From the NCBI RefSeq assembly GCF_963921235.1, contig NC_086108.1, positions 1,240,001 through 1,304,000 on the forward strand: a stretch of 64,000 bases of DNA. The letters run 5' to 3'. Below, one piece after another: positions 1-9,426 of this stretch (positions are counted from its first letter, which is position 1; the number at the start of each line of letters is the position of its first letter). Below the pieces are notes generated by a model. That model saw only the letters and a program-made list of their open reading frames with translations, was not told where the DNA came from and did not search any database. The position numbers and the translations under genes are program-made. This stretch comes from Mobula hypostoma. Taxonomy: Eukaryota.

Positions 1-718
1 GGCACATGGACAGGACGAGAACACAAAGCCTTGACTTGGACAGATCAAGGTTCTTGGAGGTGGCTTGGACAGGACAAAATTCTTGGATGTGGCTTGGACA
101 GGACAAGAGACTCCTGGACAGGACGAGGGAACCCCAGCACAGGACAAGGGAACCCCAGCACCCGGCTGGGTGGACAGGACGAGAACACGAAGGCTTGACT
201 TGGTTGAGGGAGACAGGAACGCAGAGCCTTGGTCTTAGGAGACAGGAACACAGAGCCAGGACCCCTCCTTGGGAACAGGATGCAGGGCCGGGACTCATAC
301 ACAGAACACAGAGAGACAGTTCCCAACAGAAGGTAGCAGCAAATGGCCGGACCTACCTAGCGATGGCGTGGACACAGAGACAGTTCCCAACACAAGGTAG
401 CGGCAAACGGCCGGACCTACCTAGTGAAGGCGTGGACACAGAGACAGTTCCAAACAATGATAGACAGTTCCTTATCTAGACACAGCAAGGCTCTGGTCTT
501 GCTCCGGCGGTAGAACTTGACAGTGATACAGGCGAGGACGCAGGCAAGGCTTCAGGAGGAAGGTGAAGGGAAAGGAAGGGAACAGTCCAGCCCAAAATGC
601 GAATCAGGTGCCTCAATTAGAGCATCGAACAGAACAAGGGAAAACCGGAAAACCTGGAATAAGGAACATGGACTGGACTGTGAACCGGAATGCTGACTTT
701 ACGGACTGGACCATGACA
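1..718. mobile_element. Probable LTR / non-autonomous LTR-element segment, left end outside the window
   Basis: Purine-rich and internally repetitive (GGACAGGAC motifs). Ends in ...GGACCATGACA at 718, a TG...CA-type LTR terminus, followed by an abrupt switch to AT-rich DNA. No coding domain seen. Confidence 0.4.
308..456 (+). repeat. 64-bp tandem repeat, about 2.3 copies
   Basis: Unit ACACAGAGACAGTTCCCAACACAAGGTAGCGGCAAACGGCCGGACCTACCTAGTGAAGGCGTGG starts at 372 and again at 436, with a diverged copy from about 308. Confidence 0.9.
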
Positions 719-939
719 ATTGTGTATTTCATATTTGAGTAATATTGTAAATATGTTGTTGATAAAGCATTCTCTGTCTAAATAATTACGAGTTGTATGT
801 AAAAATACATGAGTTCCATATGTTACCATTTGATACATGAATACCTCACCTAAAATAAACTCGGTTAGGCCCACATTCCTGGACTCCTGTGTCTTCCTTT
901 GAATTGTCCATGACTCATGACTGTGTAGGTCTGATCTTA

Positions 940-1455
940 GACGCCCTTTGTGGATCCGGGGGTGGCGAGGGAGCACCTCTGGTGAGGGGGCTTGTCTTGT
1001 CCGTTCCAGGGCAGCTCACTCACCTTTGCTCCCCACCAGACTCTCAGCTCTGACCTGCGGCTCCAAGTAGCCGTCTGCATGCGACAATGGCCATGCTCGG
1101 GTACACCACCTTGACGGGTGTGCTGAACCACATGAGGGTAGCTGGCGAATCTCATTCCCCAGCATACAACCTGAGCTCTGGTGGACTGGGCAGATGAGAT
1201 CTACAGTGAAACCAACAACCGGGAAGGTGGTGCTGAAATGCTCCGTGGAGAGCGAGGGACATGGCAAGACACAGGAGGTGTCACGGTCATCCACTGCAAC
1301 CAAGGAAGGCCCCAGTTTTATGGCACTTGTTCACACCACTGGACCCCAACTTCTGAGATCGCGAGAGTGGAACTGTCCCAGTGTGCCAGATTTTCCACTT
1401 TAAAAACTCTCCTGCATAGGTTTCCTGTCATGGTCAGACGTGACGGACAATCACC
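940..1455 (+). mobile_element. Non-coding retroposon (RTE-related SINE-like), diverged relative of the element inserted in the satellite
   Basis: Collinear blocks shared with 15710-16215: CACCTTTG(C/G)TCCCCACC, TGCATGCGACA, TGAGGGTAGC, CCCAGCAT and GGTCATCCACTGC (1285-1297 vs 16019-16031). Confidence 0.65.
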
Positions 1456-1459
1456 ATAC

Positions 1460-1535
1460 AGGAACAATGATGGACCATTCAGAAATCTGATGGCAGAAGG
1501 GAAGAAGCTTCTCTTGAAACACTGAGCATGGGTCA
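1460..1535 (-). mobile_element. Rex1/Babar-like LINE ORF C-terminal fragment
   Basis: Minus strand reads QCFKRSFFPSAIRFLNG, matching the sequence just after the ORF at 8340-8996 (TTCAGGAACAGCTTCTTCCCCTCCGGCATCCGATTTCTGAATGGAC). Confidence 0.7.
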
Positions 1536-1544
1536 TCAGTTCCC

Positions 1545-1587
1545 TGCGCGAGAAGAGGGGAAACGTGCAAACTCCACACAGACAGCA
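1545..1587 (-). mobile_element. V-SINE-like body fragment
   Basis: GGGGAAACGTGCAAACTCCACACAGACAGCA resembles the reverse complement of the V-SINE central region, compared from memory. Confidence 0.6.
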
Positions 1588-1794
1588 TTGAACGCAGAAC
1601 TCTGCTTGGACTCACACAGCAGAGGAACAGGCGTACAGTCCACAATCTCCGTGAACCCGTGGTCTGGCCCTCCAGAGCCCATATGGACGGTACAGTGCAC
1701 ACCATTCTGCACAGTATCAGAAAAAGCTTGTAGGGGTTTGGTAAGCACAACCAGGTCCCTCACCAGCTGAGGCATGCCCTCAACTTGTTACTAG

Positions 1795-1935
1795 CATTGG
1801 GGAGGAGGTACAGGAGCCCAAAGACCCATGCTCAACCATAAGAGCTTAAAACCAGCATTTTAGTAACAGACTGTTCATCTCCACCATCAGATTTCTGAAC
1901 GGTCCATGAACATTTTGCTTTCTTTTGACACTATC
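1795..1935 (+). mobile_element. Rex1/Babar-like LINE 3' end, first piece
   Basis: GGGAGGAGGTACAGGAGCC (GRRYRS) and CCATCAGATTTCTGAACGG, homologous to 8957-9045. The 3' UTR appears to resume at 4137-4182 and 4546-4692. Confidence 0.65.
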
Positions 1936-1940
1936 AATCC

Positions 1941-4136
1941 AGTCATAGTCATACTTCATTGATCCCGAGGGAAATTGGTTTTCATTACAGTTGCACCATA
2001 AATAATTAAATAGTAATATGTAAATTATGCCAGGAAGTAAGTCCAGGACCAGCCTATTGGCTCAGGGTGTCTGACCCTCCAAGGGAGGAGTTGTAAAGTT
2101 TGACGGCCACAGGCAGGAATGACTTCGTATGACACTCTGTTGCATCTCGGAGGAATGAGTCTCTGGCTGAATGTACTCCTGTGCCCACCCAGTACATTAT
2201 GTAGTGGATGGGAGACATTGTCCAAGATGGCATGCAACTTGGACAGCATCCTCTTTTCAGACACCACCGTGAGAGAGTCCAGTTCCATCCCCACAACATC
2301 ACTGGCCTTATGAATGAGTTTGTTGATCCTGTTGGTGTCTGCTACCCTCAGCCTGCTGCTCCAGCACACAACAGCAAACGCTATCGCACTGGCCACCACA
2401 GACTCGTAGAACATCCTCAGGATCGTCCGATAGATGTTGAAGGACCTCAGTCTCCTCAGGAAATAGAGATGGCTCTGACCCTTCTTGTAGACAGCCTCAG
2501 TGTTCTTTGACCAGTCCAGTTTATTGTCAATTCGTATCCCCAGGTATTTGTAATCCTCCACCATGACCACACTGACCCCCTGGATGGAAACAGGGGTCAC
2601 TGGTACCTTAGCCCTCCTCAGGTCTACCACCAGCTCCTTAGTCTTTTTCACATTAAGCTGCAGATAATACTGCTCACACCATGTGACAAAATTTCCTACC
2701 GTAGCCCTGTACTCAGCCTCATCTCCCTTGCTGATGCATCTAACTATGGCAGAGTCATCCGAAAACTTCTGAAGATGACAAGACTCTGTGCAGTAGTTGA
2801 AGTCCGAGGTGTAAATGGTGAGAGAAAGGGAGACAAGACAGTCTCCTGTGGAGCCCCAGTGCTGCTGATCACTCTGTCAGACACACAGTGTTGCAAGCAC
2901 ACGTACTGTGTTCTGCCAGTCGGGTAATCAAGAATTCATGACACCAGGAAAGCATCCACCTGCATCGCTGTCAGCTTCTCCCCCAACAGAGAAGGGTGGA
3001 TGGTGTTGAATGCACTGGGGAAGTCAAAAAAACATGACCCTCACAGTGCTCGCTGCCTTGTCCAGGTGGGCGTAGACACGGTTCAGCAGGTAGACGATGG
3101 CATCCTCAACTCCTAGTCGGGGCTGGTAGGCGAACTGGAGGGGATCTAAGTGTGGCCTGACCATAGGCCGGAGCAGCTCCAGAACAAGTCTCTCCAGGGT
3201 CTTCATGATGTGGGAGGTCAATGCCACCGGTCTGTAGTCATTGAGGTCGCTGGGGCGCGGCGTCTTCGGCACAGGGACGAGGCAGGACGTCTTCCACAGT
3301 ACAGGAACCCTCCAGAGCCTCAGGCTCAGGTTGAATACATGGCGAAGTACTCCACATAGCTGAGGGGCACAGGCTTTGAGCACCCTGGTACTGACACCAT
3401 CCGGTCCTGCAGCCTTGCTTGGGTTGAGACATTTCAGCTGTCTTCTCACCTGTTCAGCTGTGAAGCCCACCGTGGTGGTTTCGTGTTGGGAAGGGGTATA
3501 GTCATGAGAGCAGGGTGGGGGACTGTGAGGAGGAGTAGGAGGGGAGAGTGGAATATGTGATGGTTGGGGGTCGACAACAGATGGCTCATGTGGGGGATGG
3601 GCAGGGGTCACAATGTCAAATCTGTTAAAGAACAGGTTAAGTTCGTTGGCCCTGTCCACACTGCCTTCAGCTCCTCTGTTGCTAGTTTGCCGGAACCCAG
3701 TGATGGTCCTCATCCCCCTCCAGACCTCTCTCATGTTGTTCTGCTGGAGTTTCAGCTCAAGCTTCCTCCTGTACCTGTCTTTAGCCTCCCTGATCCTGGC
3801 TTTCAGGTCCCTCTGTATTGCCCTCAGCTCCTCCCTATTTCCATCTCTAAACGCCCTCTTTTTAGTGTTCAGGATGTCCTTAATGTCCTTTGTCACCCAT
3901 GGCTTGTTATTTGAATAACAAAGGACAGTTCTTGTCGGAACATTGCAGTCCACACAGAAGTTGATGTAATCAGTGATGCACTCTGTGAGCCCAACAATAT
4001 CCTCTCCATGTGGCTCACAGAGTGCCTGCCAGTCTGTCACCTCAAAACAACCCTGGAGCGCCTCATAAGCCTCCTCCGACCATTTCCTCACTGTCCTCGA
4101 GGTTGCAGGTTTACTCTTCACCAGAGGCACGTAGCA
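1941..4136 (-). mobile_element. 5'-truncated Rex1/Babar-clade LINE with a disrupted reverse transcriptase ORF
   Basis: ORFs 3024-4130 (KAAGPDG, WKTSCLVPVPK, DYRPVALTSHIMKTLERL, LQFAYQ) and 2025-2651 (YKYLG, YFLRRLRSF). The intervening frame has IYTSDF...QKFSDDSAIV (RT catalytic motif, about 2745-2815). Frameshift in the A7 run near 3026, a TGA near 2937, and further frameshifts near 2822 and 2130. The 3' tail on the minus strand reads CGGGATCAATGAAGTATGACTATGAC. Confidence 0.92.
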
Positions 4137-4182
4137 GGTTTAATTAATTGGTTTATGTATTGGTTTATTTATTTATATACAC

Positions 4183-4545
4183 TTTTGGGTGGTGGGGTGG
4201 AGATACATCTCTACCAAATGAGGTGCAGGGTGCTCCTTCCCTTCGCTAGATCACTCTGGGCAAGGTGTAGCACCTGCTTAGCCCCCGATCAGGGTCACGT
4301 GAAGCCATGGGACCAGGTGGTGGATGGTCAGTTCATATCACAATCCTGGTTATGTGACCACTGACACCAGGCAGACAATCTCTGAAGAGTATTGCTAATG
4401 GCTGGGGTCACCTGTCTTGTAAAGACACTGCCCAGAAGAAGGCATTGGCAAACCACTTCTGTAGAAAAATTTGCCACGAGCAGTCATGGCCATGGGAAGA
4501 CCATTATCGCCCATGTCATACGGCATGGCACACAATGATGATGAT
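4183..4545 (+). mobile_element. RTE-related SINE (Bov-A-like motif) with an (ATG)n tail
   Basis: AGAAGAAGGCATTGGCAAACCACTTCTGTAG resembles the RTE/BovB-type GGAAATGGCAAACCACTCCAGTA motif. Ends ...GGCACACAATGATGATGAT. Confidence 0.65.
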
Positions 4546-4692
4546 TCATCAATTTATCTATCTATTTATTCTTATTGTAACTTTTAGAATTCATTTTATA
4601 TATTTCACCAAATTACTATATATATTGCCACAATACAACAAATTTCGCAGCATATTGTATGTCATTGACAATAAATCTGATTCTGATTCTGA
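4546..4692 (+). mobile_element. Rex1/Babar-like LINE 3' UTR and tail
   Basis: ACAACAAATTTCGCAGCATAT...AATAAATCTGATTCTGATTCTGA, homologous to the tail at 9205-9260. Confidence 0.7.
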
Positions 4693-4705
4693 CTCATCTT
4701 CAAGA

Positions 4706-5070
4706 GAACTACAGCCTTGTTGTAGGGTTTGGAGAGCAGCGTGCCTCGATGACCCAGAGAGCTATGTTGGCTGGAGTCAGGGCTTTATGCTTTGGATCTT
4801 AGTACGGTCACCCACGCCCAACAGGTCAAAGGGTAGAGACCAGACTCAGAGTGATCCATCAGTCCTCCAGGAGTGGAGGTTCAGCTCAGGGCTAACAACC
4901 CTGACTGGCCAAACAGAACTGTTACGGAAACAGCAATGAAGAATCCTTCTACATCTGAGCGAGATGCTATTCCTGAGTCTCCAGCTGGAATCTGCATGAC
5001 TGACAGTAGTGGAAACTGAGAGGAAGCTACTGACACGATAAAGGAAGCCCTGAGCACCATCAGAGTTGGA
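4706..5070 (+). mobile_element. RTE-clade 5' UTR-derived element
   Basis: Motifs GCCTTGTTGT, ATGACCCAGAGAGCTATGTTGGC, GGTCAAAGGGTAGAGACCAGAC, TCCTCCAGG and GGGCTAACAACCCT resemble RTE 5' UTRs, compared from memory. Confidence 0.6.
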
Positions 5071-5079
5071 GTAGGTGAT

Positions 5080-5141
5080 CCCGACTCAGGATTGAACCTG
5101 GGTTCCTGGAGGTAGGAGGCATCAGTACTACCTCTCTGCCA
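5080..5141 (-). mobile_element. tRNA-derived SINE head (B box), probably the continuation of the V-SINE at 1545-1587
   Basis: GGATTGAACC is the reverse complement of the B box GGTTCAATCC. It joins 1587 collinearly as ...ACAGACAGCA|CCCGACTCAGGATTGAACC. Confidence 0.55.
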
Positions 5142-5402
5142 GCGTCGGGAGTAAACGGAACAAAAATTTCACATTAAGTCTGACGATTGGGGAAAGTGAT
5201 CCAAAGATCGCTCAAAGGAGGAGAAGGAGGTGGGTATGTTGTGGGAAGGAATTCCGGGTTTTGGGAATCCACCCGGACCCAGGAAACGGAGGCCACGGTC
5301 TCCAGTGGTGAAATAAAGAGGGGGGAGATTAGTGTACTGGGGAAATCTGAAACCAATTAAGCAGTTTGTGCATAATGGTGTTCCTTAAATGACATGGCTA
5401 GA

Positions 5403-5490
5403 GAAAAATTTGCATACCAATAGCACCTTTCACAAGTTCTAGCAGTTACAACTGTCAAAATGTTCTTTAAGTGTGGTCACTGTTGTTACA
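5403..5490 (-). mobile_element. DeuSINE-like 3' tail
   Basis: TTGCATACCAATAGCACCTTTCACAA and AAGTGTGGTCACTGTTGT resemble the reverse complement of the recalled DeuSINE 3' region (TTGCATTTATATAGCGCCTTTCACGA...AAGTGTAGTCACTGTTGT). Confidence 0.55.
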
Positions 5491-5494
5491 GATT

Positions 5495-5864
5495 TATGTT
5501 CAAAGTACAAAGTAAACTTATTATCAAAGTACATATATGTCTCCAGATAAACCCTGGAATAATTTTTCTTGTGGCCATATTCTGCAAATCAATACAATAG
5601 AGCAGGATCAACTAAAGATCAAACGTAGTGCAGAAGACAACAAACAGTGCAAATATAAATACAAATAAAGAGCAATAAATAACAAGAATAGGAGATAATG
5701 AGATAACAAGTCCTTAAAGTGAGATCGTCGGTTGTGGGAACATCTCAATGATGGGGCGTGAGTGTAGATATCCCATTTTATTCAAGAGTATGATGGTTGA
5801 GGGGTAGTAACTGTTCCTGAACCTGGTGGTGTGAGTCTGGAGGTTCTTGTACCTTCTACCTGAC
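5495..5864 (-). mobile_element. Rex1/Babar-like LINE 3' end, continuing at 7143-7250
   Basis: Minus strand reads SGRRYKNLQTHTTRFRNSYYPSTII. Tail-like GTTCAAAGTACAAAGTAAACTTATTATCAAAG lies at the left end. Confidence 0.75.
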
Positions 5865-7137
5865 AACAGACACTAGACAATAGGTGTAGGAGTAGGCCAT
5901 TCAGCCCCTCGAGCCAGCACCGCCATTCACTATGATCATGGCTGATCATCTACAATCAGTGTCCAGTTCCTGCCTTCTCCCCATAACCTTTGATTCCGCT
6001 ATCTTTAAGAGCTCTATCCATCTCTTTCTTGAAAGCATCCAGAGACTTGGCCTCCACAGCCTTCTGGGGCAGAGCATTCCATATATCCACCAGTCTCTGG
6101 GTGAAAAAGTTTTTCCTCAACTCCGTTCTAAATGACCTACCCCTAATTCTTAAACTGTGGCCTCTGGTTCTGGACTCACCAATCAGTGGGAACATGTTTC
6201 CTGCCTCCAGCGTGTCCAATCCCTTAATATGTTTCAATAAGATCCCCTCTCAGCCTCTAAATTCCAGAGTATACAAATCCAGTCGTTCAAATCTTTCAAC
6301 ATATGACAGTCCCGCCATCCCGGGAATTAACTTTGTGAACCTACGCTGCACTCCTTCAATAGCAAGAATGTCCTTCCTCAAATTTGGAGACCAAAACTGC
6401 ACACGGTACTCCAGGTGTGGTCTCACCAGGGCCCTGTACAGCTGCAGAAGGACCTCTTTGCTCTTATACTCCACTCCCCTTGTTATGAAGGCCAGCATGC
6501 CATTAGCTTTCTTCACTGCCTGCTGTACTTGCATGCTTGCTTTCAGTGACTGATGTAGAAGAACACCTAGATCTCGTTGTGCTTCCCCTTTTCCAAACTT
6601 GACTCCATTTAGATAATAATCTGCCTTCCCGTTCTTACCACCAAAGTGGATAACCTCACATTTATCCACATTAAACTGCATCTGCCCACTCACTCAGCCT
6701 GTCCAAGTCACCTGCATTCTCATAACATCCTCCTCCCATTTCACCCTGCCACCCAGCTTTTTGTCATCAGCAAATTTGCTAATGTTACTTTTAATTCCCT
6801 CATTGAAATCATTAATATATATTGTAAACAGCTGCGGTCCCAGCACTGAACCCTGCGGTACCCCACTGGTTACCACCTGCCATTCTGAAAGGGACCCGTT
6901 AATCGCTACTCTTTGTTTTCTGTCAACCAGCCAATTTTCAATCCATGTCAGTACTCTGCCCCCAATACTGTGTGCCCTAATTTTGCCCACTAATCTCCTA
7001 TGTGGGACTTTATCAAAGGGTTTCTGAAAGTCCAGGTACACTACATCCACTGGCTCTCCCTTGTCTATTTTCATATTTACATCCTCAAAAATTTCCAGAA
7101 GATCAGTCAAGCACGATTTCCCCTTCGTAAATCCCGG
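5865..7137 (-). mobile_element. 5'-truncated CR1-clade LINE (RT pseudogene)
   Basis: Broken ORFs 6694-7164 (GFTKGKSCLT, YLDFQKPFDKVPH, SGVPQGSVLGP, KFADD), 6250-6693 (QFNVDKCEVIHFG, LYRALVRPHLEY) and 5956-6237 (TRGHSL, FFTQR, WNALP). CR1-type 3' end GGGCTGAATGGCCTACTCCTACACCTATTGTCTA on the minus strand. Confidence 0.93.
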
Positions 7138-7142
7138 CTGAC

Positions 7143-7250
7143 GGCAGCAGGGAGAAGAGAGCACGGTCTGGGTGGTGGGGATCTCTGACGATGGATGCAG
7201 CTTTTTTACAAGAGCGTTTCATGTCAATGAGGTCAATGGTTGGGAGGGCT
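7143..7250 (-). mobile_element. Continuation of the Rex1/Babar-like LINE interrupted by CR1
   Basis: Minus strand reads approximately ASIVRDPHHPDRALFSLLP, which directly precedes the SGRRY motif near 5860. Confidence 0.75.
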
Positions 7251-7304
7251 CTAGTGGTAGAAACAGAGTCATAGACCACTACAGCCCTTCAGCCCATCTA
7301 GTCG

Positions 7305-7612
7305 GATTAGTCCCAAAGCCTTTCCCCATGAGTGGGTACAGCAGCAAAACAACGGAGGTCTGAGATCAGAGCTTTCCTTCTCCTGGATGAGCTACCAAAA
7401 GTGGCAGACAAGCCCCATCTGCCTGAAGCAACTGGTTTTATGCTGCCAGTAAAATGCCTTTTTACCCTTCCCCTGTCAGTGGAAACAGTTCTGTTGGGCT
7501 TGGTGGCTAAGTCTCACGTGAAGGCCAGGAACTGGACTTGGTTGTCAGAGGTGCATGCGATTGGCAACACTTAATTCAGTAGTGGGAGCTTGTCCCCATT
7601 ACCACCACCACC
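7305..7612 (-). mobile_element. RTE-related non-coding element
   Basis: AGAGCTTTCCTTCTCCTGGATGAGCTACC is the reverse complement of an RTE-like GGTAGCTCATCCAGGAGAAGGAAAGCTCT motif, compared from memory. Confidence 0.45.
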
Positions 7613-7654
7613 ACACTATTACAAAGTCAAAGAATGTTAGTGTGCTGTAATCCC

Positions 7655-8085
7655 GAGCAACACTGGAGGAACTCAGCAGGTCAGGCAGCATCTATGGAGG
7701 AGAGTAAACAGTCATGGTTTCAGGTCAAGACCCTTCATCAGGACTGGGAATGAACCAGGATCAGGTTTATAATCACCGGCATGTGAGGTGAAGTTTGTTA
7801 ACTTTGGTTTAGAAGCCGGAATAAGGAGGACTGAGGGAAAGAGTTCAAGCTGGCAGGTGATAGGTGAAACCAGCTGAAGAGGGAAGTTGAGTGGGGAGGA
7901 AGGGGATGAAGGACGAAGGAGGAAGGAATAAGTGGAGGAGATCAAGGGCTGAAGAAGAAGGAATGGATAGGAGAGGAGAGTGGGCCATGGGAGAAAGAGT
8001 AGGAGGAGGGAAAGCAGTGGGAGGTGGAGGGAAGGCGAAGAGAAGAGAGGGGAACGGAAAAAGAAAGAAGGGGGAGTGGAAGAAA
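7655..8085 (-). mobile_element. Penelope-like element terminal-repeat remnant, interrupted by a short LINE tail at about 7752-7805
   Basis: Hammerhead motif followed by ATAGATGCTGCCTGACCTGCTGAGTTCCTCCAG on the minus strand, preceded by a long pyrimidine-rich tract. Confidence 0.7.
7709..7746 (-). ncRNA. Minimal type I hammerhead ribozyme motif, degenerate
   Basis: Minus strand: CAGTC-CTGATGA-A-GGGT CTTG ACCT-GAAAC-CAT-GACTG. Helix I is CAGTC/GACTG, helix II is present and the core boxes are intact. CAT replaces the usual GTC cleavage triplet. Confidence 0.8.
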
Positions 8086-8224
8086 TTGTTGGACATTAGA
8101 GAATGCTGTTTTTTATTCACTGTTAAAGAAATGGTGTACATTTCTGTAGCATCATTCACATCCCTTTCAGAATATTCCGGAACACACCATGGGTCATAGT
8201 ATATATATTTACAGAGTAGCGATT

Positions 8225-9260
8225 GCAGCAATCTGTGCAGACTGGAAGTAATATCTCTCCCTCACTAACAATCAAAACGAGCTCATCTCAGGGGTCTGTG
8301 CCTTGCCCGCTGTTCTACTCTCTCTAGACTCATCACTGCATGGCTAGGCACAGTCCAAATGCCATCTATAAACTTGCTGATGATACGACCATTGTTGGTA
8401 GAATCTCAGGTGAAGATGAGAGGGTGTATAGCAGAGAGATATACCAAGTGCCACAGTGCTGTCACAGCAACCTTGCACTCAATGTCAGTGAGACCAAAGA
8501 GCTGATTGTGGACTTTTGGAAGGGTAGGATGAGGGATCATGTACCAATCCACATAGAGGGATCAGAAGTAGAGAGAGCAAGCAACTTCAGGTTCCTAAGT
8601 GCCAACATCTCTGAGGGTCTGACCTGCTCCCAACATATTGGTGCAAGTGGAAAGAAGACAAGAGAGCAGCTGTATTTCACCAGGAGTTTGAGGAGATCTG
8701 GTATGATGCATAAAATGCTCGGAAACTTCTACAGATGCACTGAGGAGAGCACTTTGACTCGCTGCATCACCATCTGGTCTGGGGAGGGGGCAGTTGCACA
8801 GGATTTAAAGAAGCAAAATAAACTTACAGGATTCATCAAAGGTACGAGCTGCTGTAGTATCAATGACATCTACATGGAGCCTCGTCTCAGTAAGCCAATG
8901 TACATCGCTAAAGACATCCTTCACCTAGGACCTACACTCTTCTCATTACGACTATCAGGGAGGAGGTACAGGAGCCTGAAGGCACACACTCAATGATTCA
9001 GGAACAGCTTCTTCCCCTCCGGCATCCGATTTCTGAATGGACATTGAACACGTGAACACAACATCACTTTTTCAAAATGTCTGTTTTTGCACAACTTTTC
9101 TTAACTCAGTTATTTAATATATGTACATATATACACAAACACATTACAAATTATTCATTAATTTATTTCCCATATTTATTATGTATTCCATTGTACTGCT
9201 GCTGCTAAGTTAACAAATTTCACAACATATGCTGATAGTATTAAATTGGATACTGATTCT
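8225..9260 (+). mobile_element. 5'-truncated Rex1/Babar-like LINE (degenerate RT)
   Basis: ORF 8340-8996 (KLADDTTIVG, LNVSETKELIVDF, FRFL, LYFTRSLRR, SGRRYRSLK). An upstream QG..L.PLFYSL-like segment and an AT-rich 3' UTR ending in CTGATTCT. Confidence 0.88.
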
Positions 9261-9284
9261 GCTGGAGAGTCAACGGTCAGTCCA

Positions 9285-9426
9285 ATGTCGCAGGTGATGT
9301 TGATCAGATCTTAGGTTGTTTGTGATGTTTTGCAGAGATAACATTAGCTGCCAGGATTGTGGAGTATTGTTAGAACATTTCAAACTCTATTCATAGGATT
9401 TCACCTGGGAAAGAGTGGACTTCCTA
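9285..9426 (-). mobile_element. Degraded DeuSINE-like central domain abutting the satellite
   Basis: Ordered blocks TGATCAGAT, GTGATGTT, GAGATAA, GCCAGGA, CATAGGAT and CACCTGGGA resemble the recalled reverse-complement Deu domain (TGACCAGAT..GTGATGTT..GGGATAA..GCCAGGA..CATGGGAT..CACCTGAGA). Confidence 0.55.

Noticed and set aside
7845..8231. ORFs 7845-8231 (-) and 7891-8199 (+), and similarly 6-479 (+)
   Set aside because: Low-complexity purine/pyrimidine tracts within repeat elements, with no protein features.
8215..8250. Middle piece of the split DeuSINE
   Set aside because: CAATCTGTGCAGACTGGAAGTAATATCTC fits the LINE RT sequence (QSV..G.NIS) leading into the adjacent ORF better.
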